63,866 nt of DNA, filler included, from Octopus bimaculoides (GCF_001194135.2; 4 parts of 4 records of this genome joined end to end with filler, not necessarily neighbours in it); one strand, 5' to 3'. Positions 25,594 to 40,890 are shown, numbered from the whole stretch's first letter. Numbers and translations are program-made. Notes: a model not told the origin generated them from the sequence alone.

Positions 25594-27477
25594 ATATATA
25601 TATATATATATATATATACGGCGGGCTTCCTTCAATTTCCATCGACCAAATCCTCTCACAAGTCTTTAGTCCGCCCGACACTACATTAGAGCACACGAGC
25701 CGAAGTTGCGACGCAATGGGACTGAACCCGGAACCATGTGTTTGGGGAGAAAACTTCTTACTGGCCATATTCATTTCTTCGATAATCATTTCTTACGTGA
25801 TAAACGTTATTCGATTGTTTGAAATATTTGTATTACTCTCCTTTTATTTCCATGCTTTACCGATGCAGAACAACACTTGTTCTCTTAGAATCTTCATATA
25901 CATGACTAGTTTCTAGAACCTCGTTTCAAAATTCAAATAGTTGACTTCTGACAAAATTATCTAGACCAGCATTGAAACCTTTGTCTTATTAGAGTAGTTG
26001 AGCACTAAGTTTTAAGTATGAAAAATAAATACTCCACCACTAACATGACATGTCAAAGACAGAAAGGCAAATATGGCAGGTGTGACTGCTGTCATGATTT
26101 CTTAAGCTGCAGAAACGAATGGTTTTCATGAAAAACATTAATTACCAGCAACGATTCTACAGTAGTTTGTAATGACACAAATCCTGGTTAATAATCTGGT
26201 GAAATTCTTCTTAGAATAGAGCCAAATAATCTTCTTAATTAAGTGTGAGGTCTGACAGATCATGCTGACGACGTTGATTGCGATTTTTAATCTCATCTAC
26301 TTGACTAACCGTCTTGCTATCAAGACACTTCGACGACCCTATTATGAATTATGCTGACGTCGGTGGAGCAGAGATTTTCTGATCATTCCACTTGAAAATT
26401 CTCACAAAATGATTTCTACTGCAATATTTATTCATATTAAGAAGAGAGTGGTAGTTCCTTCTTGGAACAGAAAGGTGTTTCTAATTAGATTTGTGATTAT
26501 AAGCTTCTAAGTGACAAGTAATTCTATGTATTAAACAGTTTAAAATGTTGTTAAACGAGGCAATAATCCTGGCATTATTATATGTTGTTCATCTCCAAAC
26601 CTTATGGCTTACATTTATAGATTTATGATGCCATTTGTGTTTTACATTTTAATGAGTTATCATGATCGAAAGTAAATATGTTCTTTCCCTGAGAGCTTAG
26701 ATTCCGCCAGAAAATAGTTAGTTCTACCACTGATAAAAGGTAGAGAATTCTTTTAATAAATTAGCAACAAACTCGCCACGGTTAACTTTCTTCCCTCTAA
26801 AATCGATAAAATAAAGCACCGGTCTAGTACTGGTGTTACCTAAATCTCCCCTTTCAAAACAGCGGACTCTTGTACCTAAATTAGTTATTATCTATGAACA
26901 TGCTAACACTAACATATGACTAATCCAAGTGAAATAGGCTCTCGAAATTTCCAATTTTCCTCACCCCCTTTTTATAGGAGTAAACCAATAATATGTAAGC
27001 AAGTACTCGTAATAGTACGTATTAACACTTTAGTAACGTTGACCTAACGGTTAAGTGTTTTTTTGTAATTCTGCCTTTGCTCGTAACAAGCTAATTATAT
27101 CCCCACTTTAAACTAATTCCCCAAACATTTACTTTAACAGAATTTCTTCCAAAGATCTATTTAATTTTGAAGTTTTTTCATTCAATGTTCTGCTAGGAAT
27201 TTCCTTCACTACACCATCTTCTTTCCCCGTCATCATTCTCGCAAAGCATCAATCAGTTTCAGTTGTCCAATTTTCTGTGATTAACAATACTGCACGTTTC
27301 AAATCTTTATTCACTATTTTTATCTCCGATCACTGTCAGTTACTGTTTGACAATCCTTGAGATCTGACGACAGGTTTCTTGCTTCAGCAAGCATGACTTC
27401 ACCTCTCGAATTGACCTGAAATCTGACGTACTTGCATACCATTCCTTTTCACAATGCTGTTGGCAGCTTGTAACAGC

Positions 27478-27560
<83 letters not shown>

Positions 27561-27618
27561 AAGAGACCGAGAAACGAGACAAACGAAAAGATATTCAAAA
27601 TATTTAGTGTTTGTCCAG

Positions 27619-27710
27619 ACGAAAGACATAAATATCAATGTTTCATATAACAATACTGTAACTCCACCGTGCACGGATGGTCCATCCATGTCGACCCTGT
27701 CAGAAGAAAG
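27619..27710 (+). other. Candidate 92-nt internal exon
   Basis: gtgtttgtccAG|acgaaa...gaagaaag|GTAAAA, frame TKDININVSYNNTVTPPCTDGPSMSTLSEE. Phase-compatible with 28331-28394. A competing minus-strand acceptor overlaps at about 27697. Confidence 0.2.
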
Positions 27711-28330
27711 GTAAAAAATGGAGTGAGCGAAGAGCAGAAACGAGTACCGCAAACTAATTTGCTCTATCTTCCATTGATTCTGACTAACACGCTTCCTATT
27801 GCACAGCATCTGAGCTGACGCTCTTCCAAATCTGCCAATTTGTTTTTTACAACACTTAATTATTCCAATCTATTTTTGTACTTATGCGAACCGGAGCGAG
27901 CCAACAGCATCAGAAGTAGTAGTTGATTGGCTAAACTGCCGAAACATTCTGACTTACTAGAAAATGAGGACATTAGACCAAATCTATCAGCGTATGATAA
28001 TAATTCCTCTCATTAGACATACTGACAAGACGTATTCATGCACATACGGTTATTTATATCAGGAAAGAAATGTATAAAAATCATACATTTGATTTTGAAA
28101 TTCTCTATTATATCCGAACTGATAACTATTTAGCTTTCCGACATCCTGTTTATTATCTTTCAGGAATTAATGAAGCCTGTTGGCCATTTGTTTACATTCT
28201 CGAGAAGAGGTTAATCACTGGAATATAAGTTAACAGATACCTCTTCAGTTTTGCTGGTATACCGCAGTTTACAGTCCAAAATCCTACTGCCCTGTGTTAT
28301 TTTCCTCTCACGCCTCTAGAGTTTATTCAG

Positions 28331-28394
28331 GAGAGAATACTTCGCTGTTTCTCCGGACGGTCGAAATTCAAATGTTTCGTCACACAATGCGCAA
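28331..28394 (+). other. Candidate 64-nt internal exon
   Basis: ttttcctctcacgcctctagagtttattcAG|gagaga...gcgcaa|GTATAG. Continues the 27619 frame as RREYFAVSPDGRNSNVSSHNAQ. Confidence 0.15.
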
Positions 28395-29590
28395 GTATAG
28401 TCTCACTGCTATTATCTTATATGTCACAATATCCTTCATCATGGAGAAAATATATCATCGATGAAGAGTATTAACTGTCGTACCTTGTTTGAAAGTCTGA
28501 CAATCAATGACAATATTACCCGAAAACGAGCTATGTAAACGAAGAAAATAAACCAGATTAGAAGAGCATCAAATACTGTTAAATGAAAATTCTGAAACCT
28601 TCATTTGTAATTTTGTTCAGTTTTATGTTATTTTAACTCAGTTCTTATATCGCCCAGTACAGATATTCTTGTGTTTCACTTCTCTTGTTAAAATATAAAT
28701 GACAAACTACAGGGAAATCTGAGATGTTTTCCTATATATTTATTAAATCAAGTAACAGAAACATTAGTGAATGTCTGGCGGAATATATTTGATATTTATT
28801 TCTTCAAAACATTTCTTTAAAAGCTTTTCAAAGTATGAAAACCTCGATCAGAAAAATATTTATATTTCGTTTGTGTCCACAGTAATTGAAAATGAATGAG
28901 TGTTTTCTTTTTATGTTTTTCTTTCAAATGCATTTTCTTCTAACTAAATAAGAAATAGCTCCAAGTAAGAATAATATAAAATAATTGGAAACATTGCTTT
29001 ATGAGCTGAAATGCAAAAGTACATCTGAATGATATCACACATATCGCAGGGACAATTATTTTATGAAAGTTGGACCTACATTTCATACGTGAGGAATCGA
29101 TAGGTACTAGAAATAGAAAGGCCTATAACAAAAACAGATTTACAAACATACACGTGCGTACGCACATACTGAGATACATACACACACACACGTACACGCA
29201 CGCACGCTCAAACACACACACACAACTATACCTTTTATCCTTTACATTTCTCAGCCACGCTAGTCCAGGGCCTTTACGAGTTTTAGTCTTAAAAATATGT
29301 TACAGGAATTGTTTTAAGCCTGGTACTTATTCTATGAATTTATTTTACCAAACATCTAAGGTACCAAGATGCAAACAAACCACATTAGCTGTCAAGCATT
29401 CAGGAGGAGACAAGCACAGACGCAAAGACACATACATATGAACATATAAATATCTACGAATAACTTCTACACACATTCTTTCTACTAAATTTAATCACAA
29501 AGGTTTAGTCAACCAGCAATGGGACTGAACCCGAAATCGTCTGGCTGGAGATTTTTACCTACATAATCATTCCTTGCGCATAAATATATA

Positions 29591-29965
<375 letters not shown>

Positions 29966-30124
29966 TAAATATATATAGATGTATACATAGATAGACATAC
30001 ACATACATTCACACATAGACATAGACACACATACACACACGTCCTGTACATAGATATGCATCTATATATACAGGTAAATGTAGGTATGTACATACATGTA
30101 CATATATATGCATATACTCATTTA

Positions 30125-30189
<65 letters not shown>

Positions 30190-32659
30190 CACTATCGACA
30201 AAATTGCAATAAACATGTAATAAGATCTTTGTCTGACCCTTTGTCGGGTGATTAGGAAACAGAAGAGAGAAAATCAAAGTTGAGTATCTGACTTGTTTGC
30301 ATAGATTTCTATACATTAATGCCGAAGAACACCAGAACTGGCTGGCAACACACTAATGGTTTGTATTTACATGAATCCGATTGGAAATGAAAATTTCATT
30401 TGTGTATTGCATAGCATGAAATTACGCAGTTTTCCGAGAAGTGTCGGACATTCGTCCTTGAAGCAATATTGATTTCATGGTTTGGAACCAATCTTATGCT
30501 TTAGAGCCAACGTTTTTTCTGGGTTTTTTTGTGTTTTTTTTTTTTTACTTTTTCTTAGTATTTATACATAATACTGGTCGGTTGAACCAATTGAGGCTTC
30601 TCTATTGAACACCTTTTTTTTTCAATAAACTAGCTCGAACAAATCTAAACTGGACTATTAATTGACCATTTTAGTTTCGTATTTCGTGAAAGTACGTCTA
30701 TTTCTTTGCTTGTTTGTTTGTTTCTTTCTTTCTTTTTTCACTCTGAAAGCTTATCTTTTTAGTTTTAAAATGTTGGTGAAAATCACATATATTATGACAA
30801 GAAATAACAAATAATCATCTTAGATGTAGCATCTCTAAAATTATTTGGCTAGCAAAAAAATTTACTTACGTATTATGGATTGAAAATTATAGAACTGAAT
30901 CTCAGTAGAAACACTGGACTGCTGTTGATGTTTCTATTGTTTAGCTTCAGATCAACACTACCTGAGAAAACCTCTAATAAAATGCATTTCTATTGTGATA
31001 TCTGGATTCTTAAGCATATCGAGAAGAACATAATGTAATGTGGCCTTTCCGTCTTTTTTAACACGTAGGCTATGATTTTGTGGAAAAATTGCTGCCAAAC
31101 GACAAAATAGAATCTTTCTTGTTAGCTATTGAATAACTAAATATTCAAACGAAACATTATTAAATTTGCCTCAACATTCCTTCACGGTGTTAATTATATC
31201 AAACCATTTTGCCAAAGCCCGGTATTCCACCATTAACGATCTGGTGAAATCGCAAAACTTGAAATTACAGAAGCAAAAATGTTGATGCAATTAAAGGAAC
31301 TGCATTTTTAAATAACCGTACTGTCAAGCATGCAAAAACAAGGAAGCCATAACTCACTTTCATCTCCTGAAACCTAAACGTTCTACATTTTCGTGTATTC
31401 AGGGAATATTATACCGTTATTGCAATTAACACTGAATACTTTTTAAAGTACATAAATATTTGAACGTTACGTTAATATACATAACATGCAATGATTTTGT
31501 ATGAATATATCTATATATCTGTAATCAACGTGATACTAAGACCTTTTAGCATAGATGAATGTATTAAAACTTTGTACAAATTGGTAGATATTTACTCGTC
31601 GGTTGATTGTCTATTAGTATCCTATATTTAATACGACAGATTTTTTAGGTTCAATAGAAGTAAATTAAAGGGGCAGCAGTGTCATACTTTTGTGTTTTTT
31701 GTTTTATTATGTTGGCAAACAAATCTGTTTTAAAAATTCTCTTCTGAAATATCAAAAAATACCAAACTGCTAAGGTAGAATGTGTGAATAAATCGTATAT
31801 GTAACAAGTTGAAAGTATATGTATATATTTGATAGAAGACGACAATATCTTTCAAAAAGTTTGATAATTACAGCTTCATATCTTAAAAGATATCGATTGA
31901 GTAAAATGGTAATTAACTGCAATATTTGAAATTTAAATGGGTGTTTTAATTAACTTATTTACGACAGAGATTTTTTTCTTAAGTGGTACAATGCATAGCC
32001 AAAATGTGGCAGAATTGTTAGTATCGGAAATATGCAGCATTTGATTACGGCTCAGTACATTCTGAGTTCAAATCTCTGTAGGGTCGATTTTAGTTTTTAT
32101 TCTTCATAGATGATAAATCAAACAGCCAATCAAATACTTGACTTAATATAATTTGCAATTCTGATCCCTTTGCATGAACGTTAGGAATCAATATTTTAGA
32201 ATACCTTGACGTTTAAGGCAATCATTCAAGTCTAAAAGAGAATAAGTAAATCTGTAATTCTAGTGGTTCTTAATTGATTAAACATTACGGTAAGAAGACA
32301 TGCTGTATTAATTTTCTGACATACATTTCACGAAATTATTTGGAATATCACGAAGGCATGGTCTAAAGATAAATTAATTTATTTACTTAGCATGTGTAAT
32401 GTGCTACGATCTTTACAAGTCTGTACGTGTCGTATGCATTCAAAAGATAAAAGCAAAAATGAAAAGTAAATCATCCAATTGGGATAGTGAAAGACATGTA
32501 TGATAGTCAACGCTATTGATTTGAATGAGTGTTTGGACAAGTAATGACGACGTTGTCTTTTGCAAAATCTTTCCCGAAAATATCTCCGACCATTAACCTG
32601 GAAGCATATATATATATATANNNNNNNNNNNNNNNNNNNNNNNNNNNNNNNNNNNNNNN

Positions 32660-32963
32660 NNATTATTATTATTATTATTATTATTCAGTAGTTTTATTTT
32701 TATAACGTGCTTTCACTTGACTACCGAGCGCAGCTCTATGCGCCTTGGGGATGTGCTGTGGTTTGCTGTGGTGCTCTTATGTTTACTGTATTGAAAGTGT
32801 TTTGCGTAGGATGTGTGCACTGCCCAGTAGTGCAATTTTCTGTATGTTATATATATTTGTAAGTTCTGGTGTTTTCGTTATGTATTTGTCTGAATATTTT
32901 TTTTATTATAAGAATTGTTTCTGTTTTTAGATTCCACATTCGAGTTACCTCTATTTCCAGGTA

Positions 32964-32965
<2 letters not shown>
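32660..32965 (-). mobile_element. 3' end of an RLE (R4/Dong-like) LINE with (AAT)n tail
   Basis: Minus strand gives KYLEIEVTRMWNLKTETI..., then a frameshifted IALLGxAHILRK-like end (atactgggcagtgcacacatcctacgcaaaacactttc in minus sense), a short UTR and an ATT/AAT microsatellite tail. Confidence 0.65.
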
Positions 32966-33018
<53 letters not shown>

Positions 33019-36000
33019 CTGGGTGGCTGGGACCATATTTGAGCGTTCATCTGTTCGTTTTGGTTCGTTGAAGAAGATGAGCTGTCGGTTAAGAGTAGTG
33101 CGGCTTATTCAGCATACCTATTATCAGAAGTATTCAAGGGCTGACTGTAGGGGGTACAAGCTAATTCTATCACACCAAACGCCTACAGAGAGACCAAATC
33201 ATTGGAAGGGGAAAGATGTAAAACTGTATATCTAGAAATTTCAGGAACCCTTTGATGTAACGTTATATGGATGCTAGAAATTTCCAATTCTGTCTCTTTA
33301 TCTGGTTCTGCATGTTGGATTAGAACGGTTGGCATTCTTTCTTTCTTCTGATTTTTAACTTCGTGGTACACTGGAGATCAAACAAAACATCACTAGTGTA
33401 CATTGGATAGGAGCTCTTTAGGACATCATTTCGAATTACGCTTTAAAATTTAGAAAATTACAACTTAACTTTTTCTTAAACAGTGTATGTAACAATATCA
33501 AATGAACATATATTTAAGACGTTCAAGTTTAAAGTGTCTAAAGCTTTGAATTATATGTTTTATAATCCAAGAAACACCGTTTCACAACCTCTTGGTTATA
33601 TAGATGTCCAAAAATCTAGTGTAAATGTACTCCCAGATATCATTATCCAAATTGTACAATACAAATGACATTCTTTCCAAACCAAATATTTGTTCCGCCT
33701 GTTAATCAGATTGCAACATCATATAACCTACTTTGCAGACAGGATAAAAGCCTGTGCATTTTGGACAGCTTTAATGGAAACGTTTGCTAAACTCATGTAA
33801 AACATTGGGACTAAATTATTTAACTTAGATTTATCCTATCTATAATTCTACTAGTTGATAAAAAAAAAGGTTTTTGTTCCAGCCATATATGAGAATTATA
33901 CATCCAGTTTTAACTATAAGACTACAAGCATTTTGCTAAATATATTTGAAAATGCGTGACGTTTAACAATGCGTTCCTATTTTATGCTTTTCTATATCAA
34001 CATATCATTACGATCGATCTCATCCTCTTCCCCTTCCCCCTCTGTCACTTTTTCTTTCTTTTTTTCCTCTCTTACTCTCCACAAAATACACACTACTTTA
34101 CTGTATCTAAAGCAGCTCATGAAATATTAACGAGTCATCGTTAATGCAATACGTGTAGTTCACACACTTTTATACACTTCTAAAGAATTTAATATCAAAA
34201 CAAACACAGACAACAAAAAAAACATATACAAATATATACATTAAAACATATTGAGAGACATATCAATGAAGGTAAAATAAGATGCTTTTGACAGGTTAAT
34301 TCAATACGTGGAAAAGATTTGATGAATATCAAATTACACATATTTACATCAGTAAATAATTTCCAGATATTTTCTCAGTGAAGTTCTTTACATTTATGCG
34401 AGAATCTAAGCAGTAGAAACGAAGGAATATTAAGAGAGAGGTAGTTCAGCGCCAAAAGCTAAACTGAAAACTTTGTCAATAAAAATAATTTGTAACATAA
34501 AATTGCAACAAAATATTCTATGATATTTAGAATATATTTTATCTCTACATTTTGACGTGGTTTTAGCAATATTATGCGTCAGTTATTAAACATAACTGTA
34601 TTCCACTACACTAACACCATTATTCTATCTATGACAACTAGTTCTTAAATAGCATGTGATTTTCTTTTAAATTACTGAATCATCTTTAAAAAGAATGACG
34701 TAAATAATGTACGCCTAGTGTAACATAAAAAGACGGAATACTCACAGAATGGATTCTCTTTATCAAAGGGCTGAGTAATCAGAATTGAATTGTTAAACAA
34801 CGCCGATATCAATAAGAAATAGCAGCCAAATACCCTTCAAACTAAAATGGAAATCACTAGTTCGATAACGTAGTTCTAGGTGAAAAGTACTTCAGAAAGA
34901 AGACCTGATAATCAGGATTTTAATTACTTTCATCGTGTGATTGTTGTGCCAGAACTGATCTTGTGTTAAACTGCAACAAAGCTCAAATTTAAATAACAGC
35001 AAGAAAAATCACACATTGCAACGAAGGATCTTGAAACCGATTATTCAATATGCTATAAATAATAACCCTAAATATCTCCAGTCACATCACCAAATCCTAT
35101 TTCAGTAGGAAATGCAGTCTTAGATAAACTGTCTGATAAATTATTGTCAAGATTGAAACTGTTTTAGTATGCCTGTTGGTCGCTGAAGTTCTCGAGCAAA
35201 ACAACAGCCGCTTCAACAACCGTCCCTTAAAAAATACAAACCTTTTATGAGTTATTCAGACCCTTTTCAAGGTATCCCAGTTAGGTGAGTGGAGGAAGTT
35301 ATCCTTAAATTGGAAACATGGAGTAGAATGGATTCTACTAAAAGCTGTAATAAGCCACTTGGATTCTGTTTTTTATTTATTCTTGGTATAGAAAAAAATC
35401 TACAAACCAAGTATTTCATATTATACCATGTTATGGGCAATGTAGTAATCGATCTACGGGAGAAAATTTCAAGCAATATTTCTCCCTTATCAAGTCCTGT
35501 TATTTTCACAAAATACTATAAGTATGTATTAAATAATGTCTGCAGAAATATTTGTTAAGTCAGAAATGATGTGACATAGAATGTCTTTGATCAAAACTTC
35601 TTTCTGAAGATGTTTAATAAGTATACTTTTTTATGCTTTCACTGCTTTCAGTAATTGATCTACGACTATGCCGGAGCACAGCTTTGTAGGACTGGTCGAT
35701 AAAATAGACTACAGTATATATTTCAAGCTTGGAACTTTATAGAACCACTAGATTACAGTATAGAGACATAAAGAAATCAACAACGGCTGTCCAACAGAGA
35801 GGACAGACACAAAGAGACACACATATACACACATGCACATACACATACACATAATCACGCACAAACACATATAAGTGTATGTATATATACGACGAGCTTC
35901 GATGCAGTTTTCGTCAACCAAATTCACTTACATGGCATTAGTCGGTCCAGGACTATATGAGAAGGCACTTACCCGAGGTGCCGTGCAGGAAATGAACCTG

Positions 36001-37539
36001 AGTTCACACGACTGCAATGCAAAATTCTTCACTACATGACCTATATATCTACATTATCGTATATATATTTTGATTATTTGAATCATGATCGGGTTTCATT
36101 TATGAGATATTTTGTTACCATTTGTAGTTTGCCATTTGGTCACATTGAGGTTCTCAAAACATGACGTAGTATGAAATGTGGGGTATTTTTGAGAAATTGG
36201 ATTGTAGATATATTACTATGCATACAATTAATAAGATCGCTGAAGTTCTTTATCCTGCCTTCAGTGGAGTTCTTTCTATGCTGTATTAACTGAGAGTAAA
36301 GGAACGATGATTAGATAGGAGACGCTTTGGTCTCATCAGAGCAAGTTGAATCTTAAAGTGCGCATAATCATTAATAAAACATATCTTCACATGCTCTCCA
36401 GCAGAGTAACTGTAATGTTAAGTGGTTCTAGTTAGTTTACCACTATCAATTGGGTACACGTAAACACAATAGGTATTTGGAATCTAAGAAGCTAGATTAA
36501 GTTGTATGGACTTGGTGAAGCTGGAATTTATGACATAATTATAGGAAACAATTTGTCATGTAAATGTATTGAATTGTTTGAAATATAGTTAGTTGTCGTT
36601 ATATCATTTTTCATGTTATATTAACATCAAAATCCGTATCGGTTTGATCAGATATGTTATTCTCTAATATACAACACATACCAAATGTGTTAAAGTATAC
36701 TGAGCTGTGTTCAATATATTGTTCTCATTTCATTAATATCCGTTTGATTAATGATAGTGATATAGATATTAATAGATTACATTTCATTCATCGTCTGAAC
36801 CTTCCATCATTGTAAACAGCGGCTTTACAATATCATACAAATGTAATCGAGCATAAATGGAGATTTTCTTGCTTATCTCATTTTCTTCAAAAGCGACGCT
36901 ACTGAAGCTGCATGTATATCATGAAATATTTCCGAATCTCTATTGAGTTATGTTGTATGAATCATTATTTAAAACCCGATGCAACTCAGAAGATATTTAC
37001 AGGCTGGAGCTGGTACTACACATGCACAACAGAAAATGAGATCGCATCCTGAAACAGCCGCTCATCTGATTTGTAATGAAGTTATTCAATAACATACTTT
37101 AACTCCTGGTCCACAGACATAATGTCGAATCATTCTGATTTTATTACCACTACTGTAGTAGTATGTAGCTGGTCAAATACCACTCCTACACAGACACTGG
37201 CAAATCATTTGTCTTCACTCATTTCTTCACACATATTGTATCTAATAAGCTTGCGCCTTGCAATAGGCATTTCACCCAGTCTTTTTCCTCATCGCGAGAG
37301 AAATCCATTTCTAGCTTTTTTCCTGCGACTATCAACATGCCACTATTCAACGGAGTTAACTGTGTCAATATCATCAGACTCCATAGACCTGCGAATTTCT
37401 CCAAAGACAAAATTCTTTTCTAAAGAACAAACAAGTAAAAAATTAAGAAGAATGTTGCACGTTTTTCTTTAGTTTGTGTGTCTTTGCCGTGATGTGAATG
37501 ATTTGAACTGGTAAAGGAACGTGCAGTGTCACTTGATGA

Positions 37540-37785
37540 TTTACAAAGCGCGGAGCGTAACGTTAGTGACGTAAAGAACGCGGTGTGTGACGTCAGTGAC
37601 GTCAAAGAAGACAGAGCGCGAAGATAGCAACGTAAACAAACAGTACAAAACTAGTCAGTGTGAAGTTGGCTACGATGAGTGTCGGTGCAAAGATGCGATG
37701 TGACCAGTCGAAGTGAAACCGGACAACGAAGAATTACATTAAACAAAACATCCAGTTGGGTACGACTAAGCGTATTTGGTTGAGT
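37540..37785. promoter_or_regulatory. CpG-rich island with clustered CRE/ATF sites (putative promoter or enhancer)
   Basis: TGACGTCA at 37588-37595 and 37597-37604, TGACGTAA at 37567-37574, and many CpGs in an AT-rich context. Confidence 0.4.
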
Positions 37786-38822
37786 ATGTGTGGAAATGTT
37801 TATGTTTTTGTGATTAATTCTTCGTACTTTTATATATATATATATATATTGTATATTTATGTATGTATGTATATACGTATGTATGTATGTATGCATGTAT
37901 GTATACATGTATTTATGTTTGTATGTTTGTATGTATATGAATGCATGCATGAGTATGTGTGCGTGTTTCGGTGCAAGTCGGAGTAAATATCTCCTCAACG
38001 TAATATTTTCTCACTTGTTCATCGGTATATAACCCCAAATCCATTGCAATATTTCATTACATATTTATATAAGATAAAAAACATCACATGTGTATTTGTG
38101 TATATCCGTTTTCTAAATAAATAGCAGTCAATATTCTCAGTTATCTAAACGTATTATTTTCACTATGAAATACGCATCTATATATTGATGTTTTAACAGG
38201 AGATTTTCTTTATATCATTTATTATTTATTCTCATGTTGAGAACTGATATACGATCATCTGTACCATATAATCATGGAGCACTTTATTTTTTTCAGTTAT
38301 GAAGCAACTCTTATAATTTAATAGTTTTGCAGATTTAGACTGAGCTTAACTAATCTGTATCTTTGTAAAATTAATCGAAAGTTCCGAAATAATCAAAACA
38401 AATATTATGCTGACAGAGTAAACATACTCATGAAGAAATTAGTAAGACGATGCAGAAAACACCAAAGAAACTCTATCAGCCATCAAGCGTCTTATTGTGC
38501 TCTAACAATATATCGACAGATGTTTAATTGATGAAAAATACAAGAATCTAAAATAGTAAGAGATTGAATTTCATTTCACTTTGAAGCAAAACAATTAACA
38601 AAAAGTAACTTAATTACTCGTAAATATCTTTGTCAATATACAAAATAAATCTGAAAATCACGACAAAATTATACTGCCCTGTTTCAAACTTTTGCTTCAT
38701 TCACTCGACATCGGCCAAGTTCAAACATCACAAATGGAACTCGTTGGTCCAGCGCTGAAGACGCACACACATACACATGTGCTCACTCTCAAATGTACAG
38801 TTGCATATATATATAGATATAG

Positions 38823-38864
<42 letters not shown>

Positions 38865-39609
38865 NNNNNNNNNNNNNNNNNNNNNNNNNNNNNNNNNNNN
38901 NNNNNNNNNNNNNNNNNNNNNNNNNNNNNNNNNNNNNNNNNNNNNNNNNNNNNNNNNNNNNNNNNNNNNNNNNNNNNNNNNNNNNNNNNNNNNNNNNNNN
39001 NNNNNNNNNNNNNNNNNNNNNNNNNNNNNNNNNNNNNNNNNNNNNNNNNNNNNNNNNNNNNNNNNNNNNNNNNNNNNNNNNNNNNNNNNNNNNNNNNNNN
39101 NNNNNNNNNNNNNNNNNNNNNNNNNNNNNNNNNNNNNNNNNNNNNNNNNNNNNNNNNNNNNNNNNNNNNNNNNNNNNNNNNNNNNNNNNNNNNNNNNNNN
39201 NNNNNNNNNNNNNNNNNNNNNNNNNNNNNNNNNNNNNNNNNNNNNNNNNNNNNNNNNNNNNNNNNNNNNNNNNNNNNNNNNNNNNNNNNNNNNNNNNNNN
39301 NNNNNNNNNNNNNNNNNNNNNNNNNNNNNNNNNNNNNNNNNNNNNNNNNNNNNNNNNNNNNNNNNNNNNNNNNNNNNNNNNNNNNNNNNNNNNNNNNNNN
39401 NNNNNNNNNNNNNNNNNNNNNNNNNNNNNNNNNNNNNNNNNNNNNNNNNNNNNNNNNNNNNNNNNNNNNNNNNNNNNNNNNNNNNNNNNNNNNNNNNNNN
39501 NNNNNNNNNNNNNNNNNNNNNNNNNNNNNNNNNNNNNNNNNNNNNNNNNNNNNNNNNNNNNNNNNNNNNNNNNNNNNNNNNNNNNNNNNNNNNNNNNNNN
39601 NNNNNNNNN

Positions 39610-39673
<64 letters not shown>

Positions 39674-40283
39674 CATCTGATGGAGATAGCTTATGGAAAA
39701 TATCTTTCCAATGATGAATGAGCTGACCGAGCACGAAGGACACTTTGACCAGTATGACCTTCTCTGTGATGATCTGCAATAACTACGTTAGTCCTCAGGA
39801 AGTGTGGCTGCTATTTCAAGAAAACTGTTGATAATTTGCATGTTTCCTTGTTTGCTTGTGTGTTTCCCTTTTGTGTGCTTGACGGAAAGCGTATATATAA
39901 TTTTTTTCGACGAAATCAATATATTGAATTTTAGACTGCACGTAGAAGTAGTTGAAGAGGGTGTTGATGAATAACTGGGTGAGACAATAAGACAGAAATA
40001 ATATAATTACGAGGGAGCAATGTCTAGTTAAAACTCTAAAAATGCCACGGTTAATAAAAGTTAAACATTGAGAAATAAGATTTTGCTCTCAAACTAATAT
40101 TTGTTACATAAACAAGGTATGACAGTGATATTTATATACGTTATACACACACACACACACACATACATGCACATGTAGAGACACACACAAACACAGACAC
40201 ATACACACACAAACGCGCGCACACTCACACATATATATGTGTATTATGTGTATATATACATGGATATATATATATAATATAGG

Positions 40284-40318
<35 letters not shown>

Positions 40319-40329
40319 ATGTGTGTGTT

Positions 40330-40401
<72 letters not shown>

Positions 40402-40689
40402 TGAGTGTGTGCGTGTGTGTGCAGGCGTAGTCGTGTGCGTGTATAGTAAGAAGATTGCTTCTCAGCTACATGTTTGCAGACTCAGTCACACTGTGTGGCA
40501 ACTTAAGCAAGTAATTTCTGTTACATTCTTGTGAGTGGATTTGTCAGACAGAAACTGAGAGAAGTCCGTCGTATATTTATATATATATTATTGTGTCTCG
40601 GAAGAATCATTCTTTTTTAGTGCCTTATCACTTTACACACTCACCGGTTCAATTTCCCCTCATTTACTTATTTATTTTATATATTTCTT

Positions 40690-40890
40690 GGCAGAAACGT
40701 TAACACGTCTGGCGAGATGCTTAGCGGTATTACGTCTGCCTTAACGTTCTGATTTCAAATTCCGCCGAAGCCGACTTTGCCTTTCATTCGTTCGGGGGCC
40801 GATAAATTAAGAACCAGTTGCGTACTGGGGTCGAACTAATCGTCTGGCCCCTCCCCCCAAATTTCGGGTCTTGTAGCAGGATTAGAAAAG
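40690..40890 (+). mobile_element. SINE family B copy
   Basis: ggcagaaacgttaac...caaattccgccgaag...gataaattaagaaccagttgcgtactggggtcg. Confidence 0.8.
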
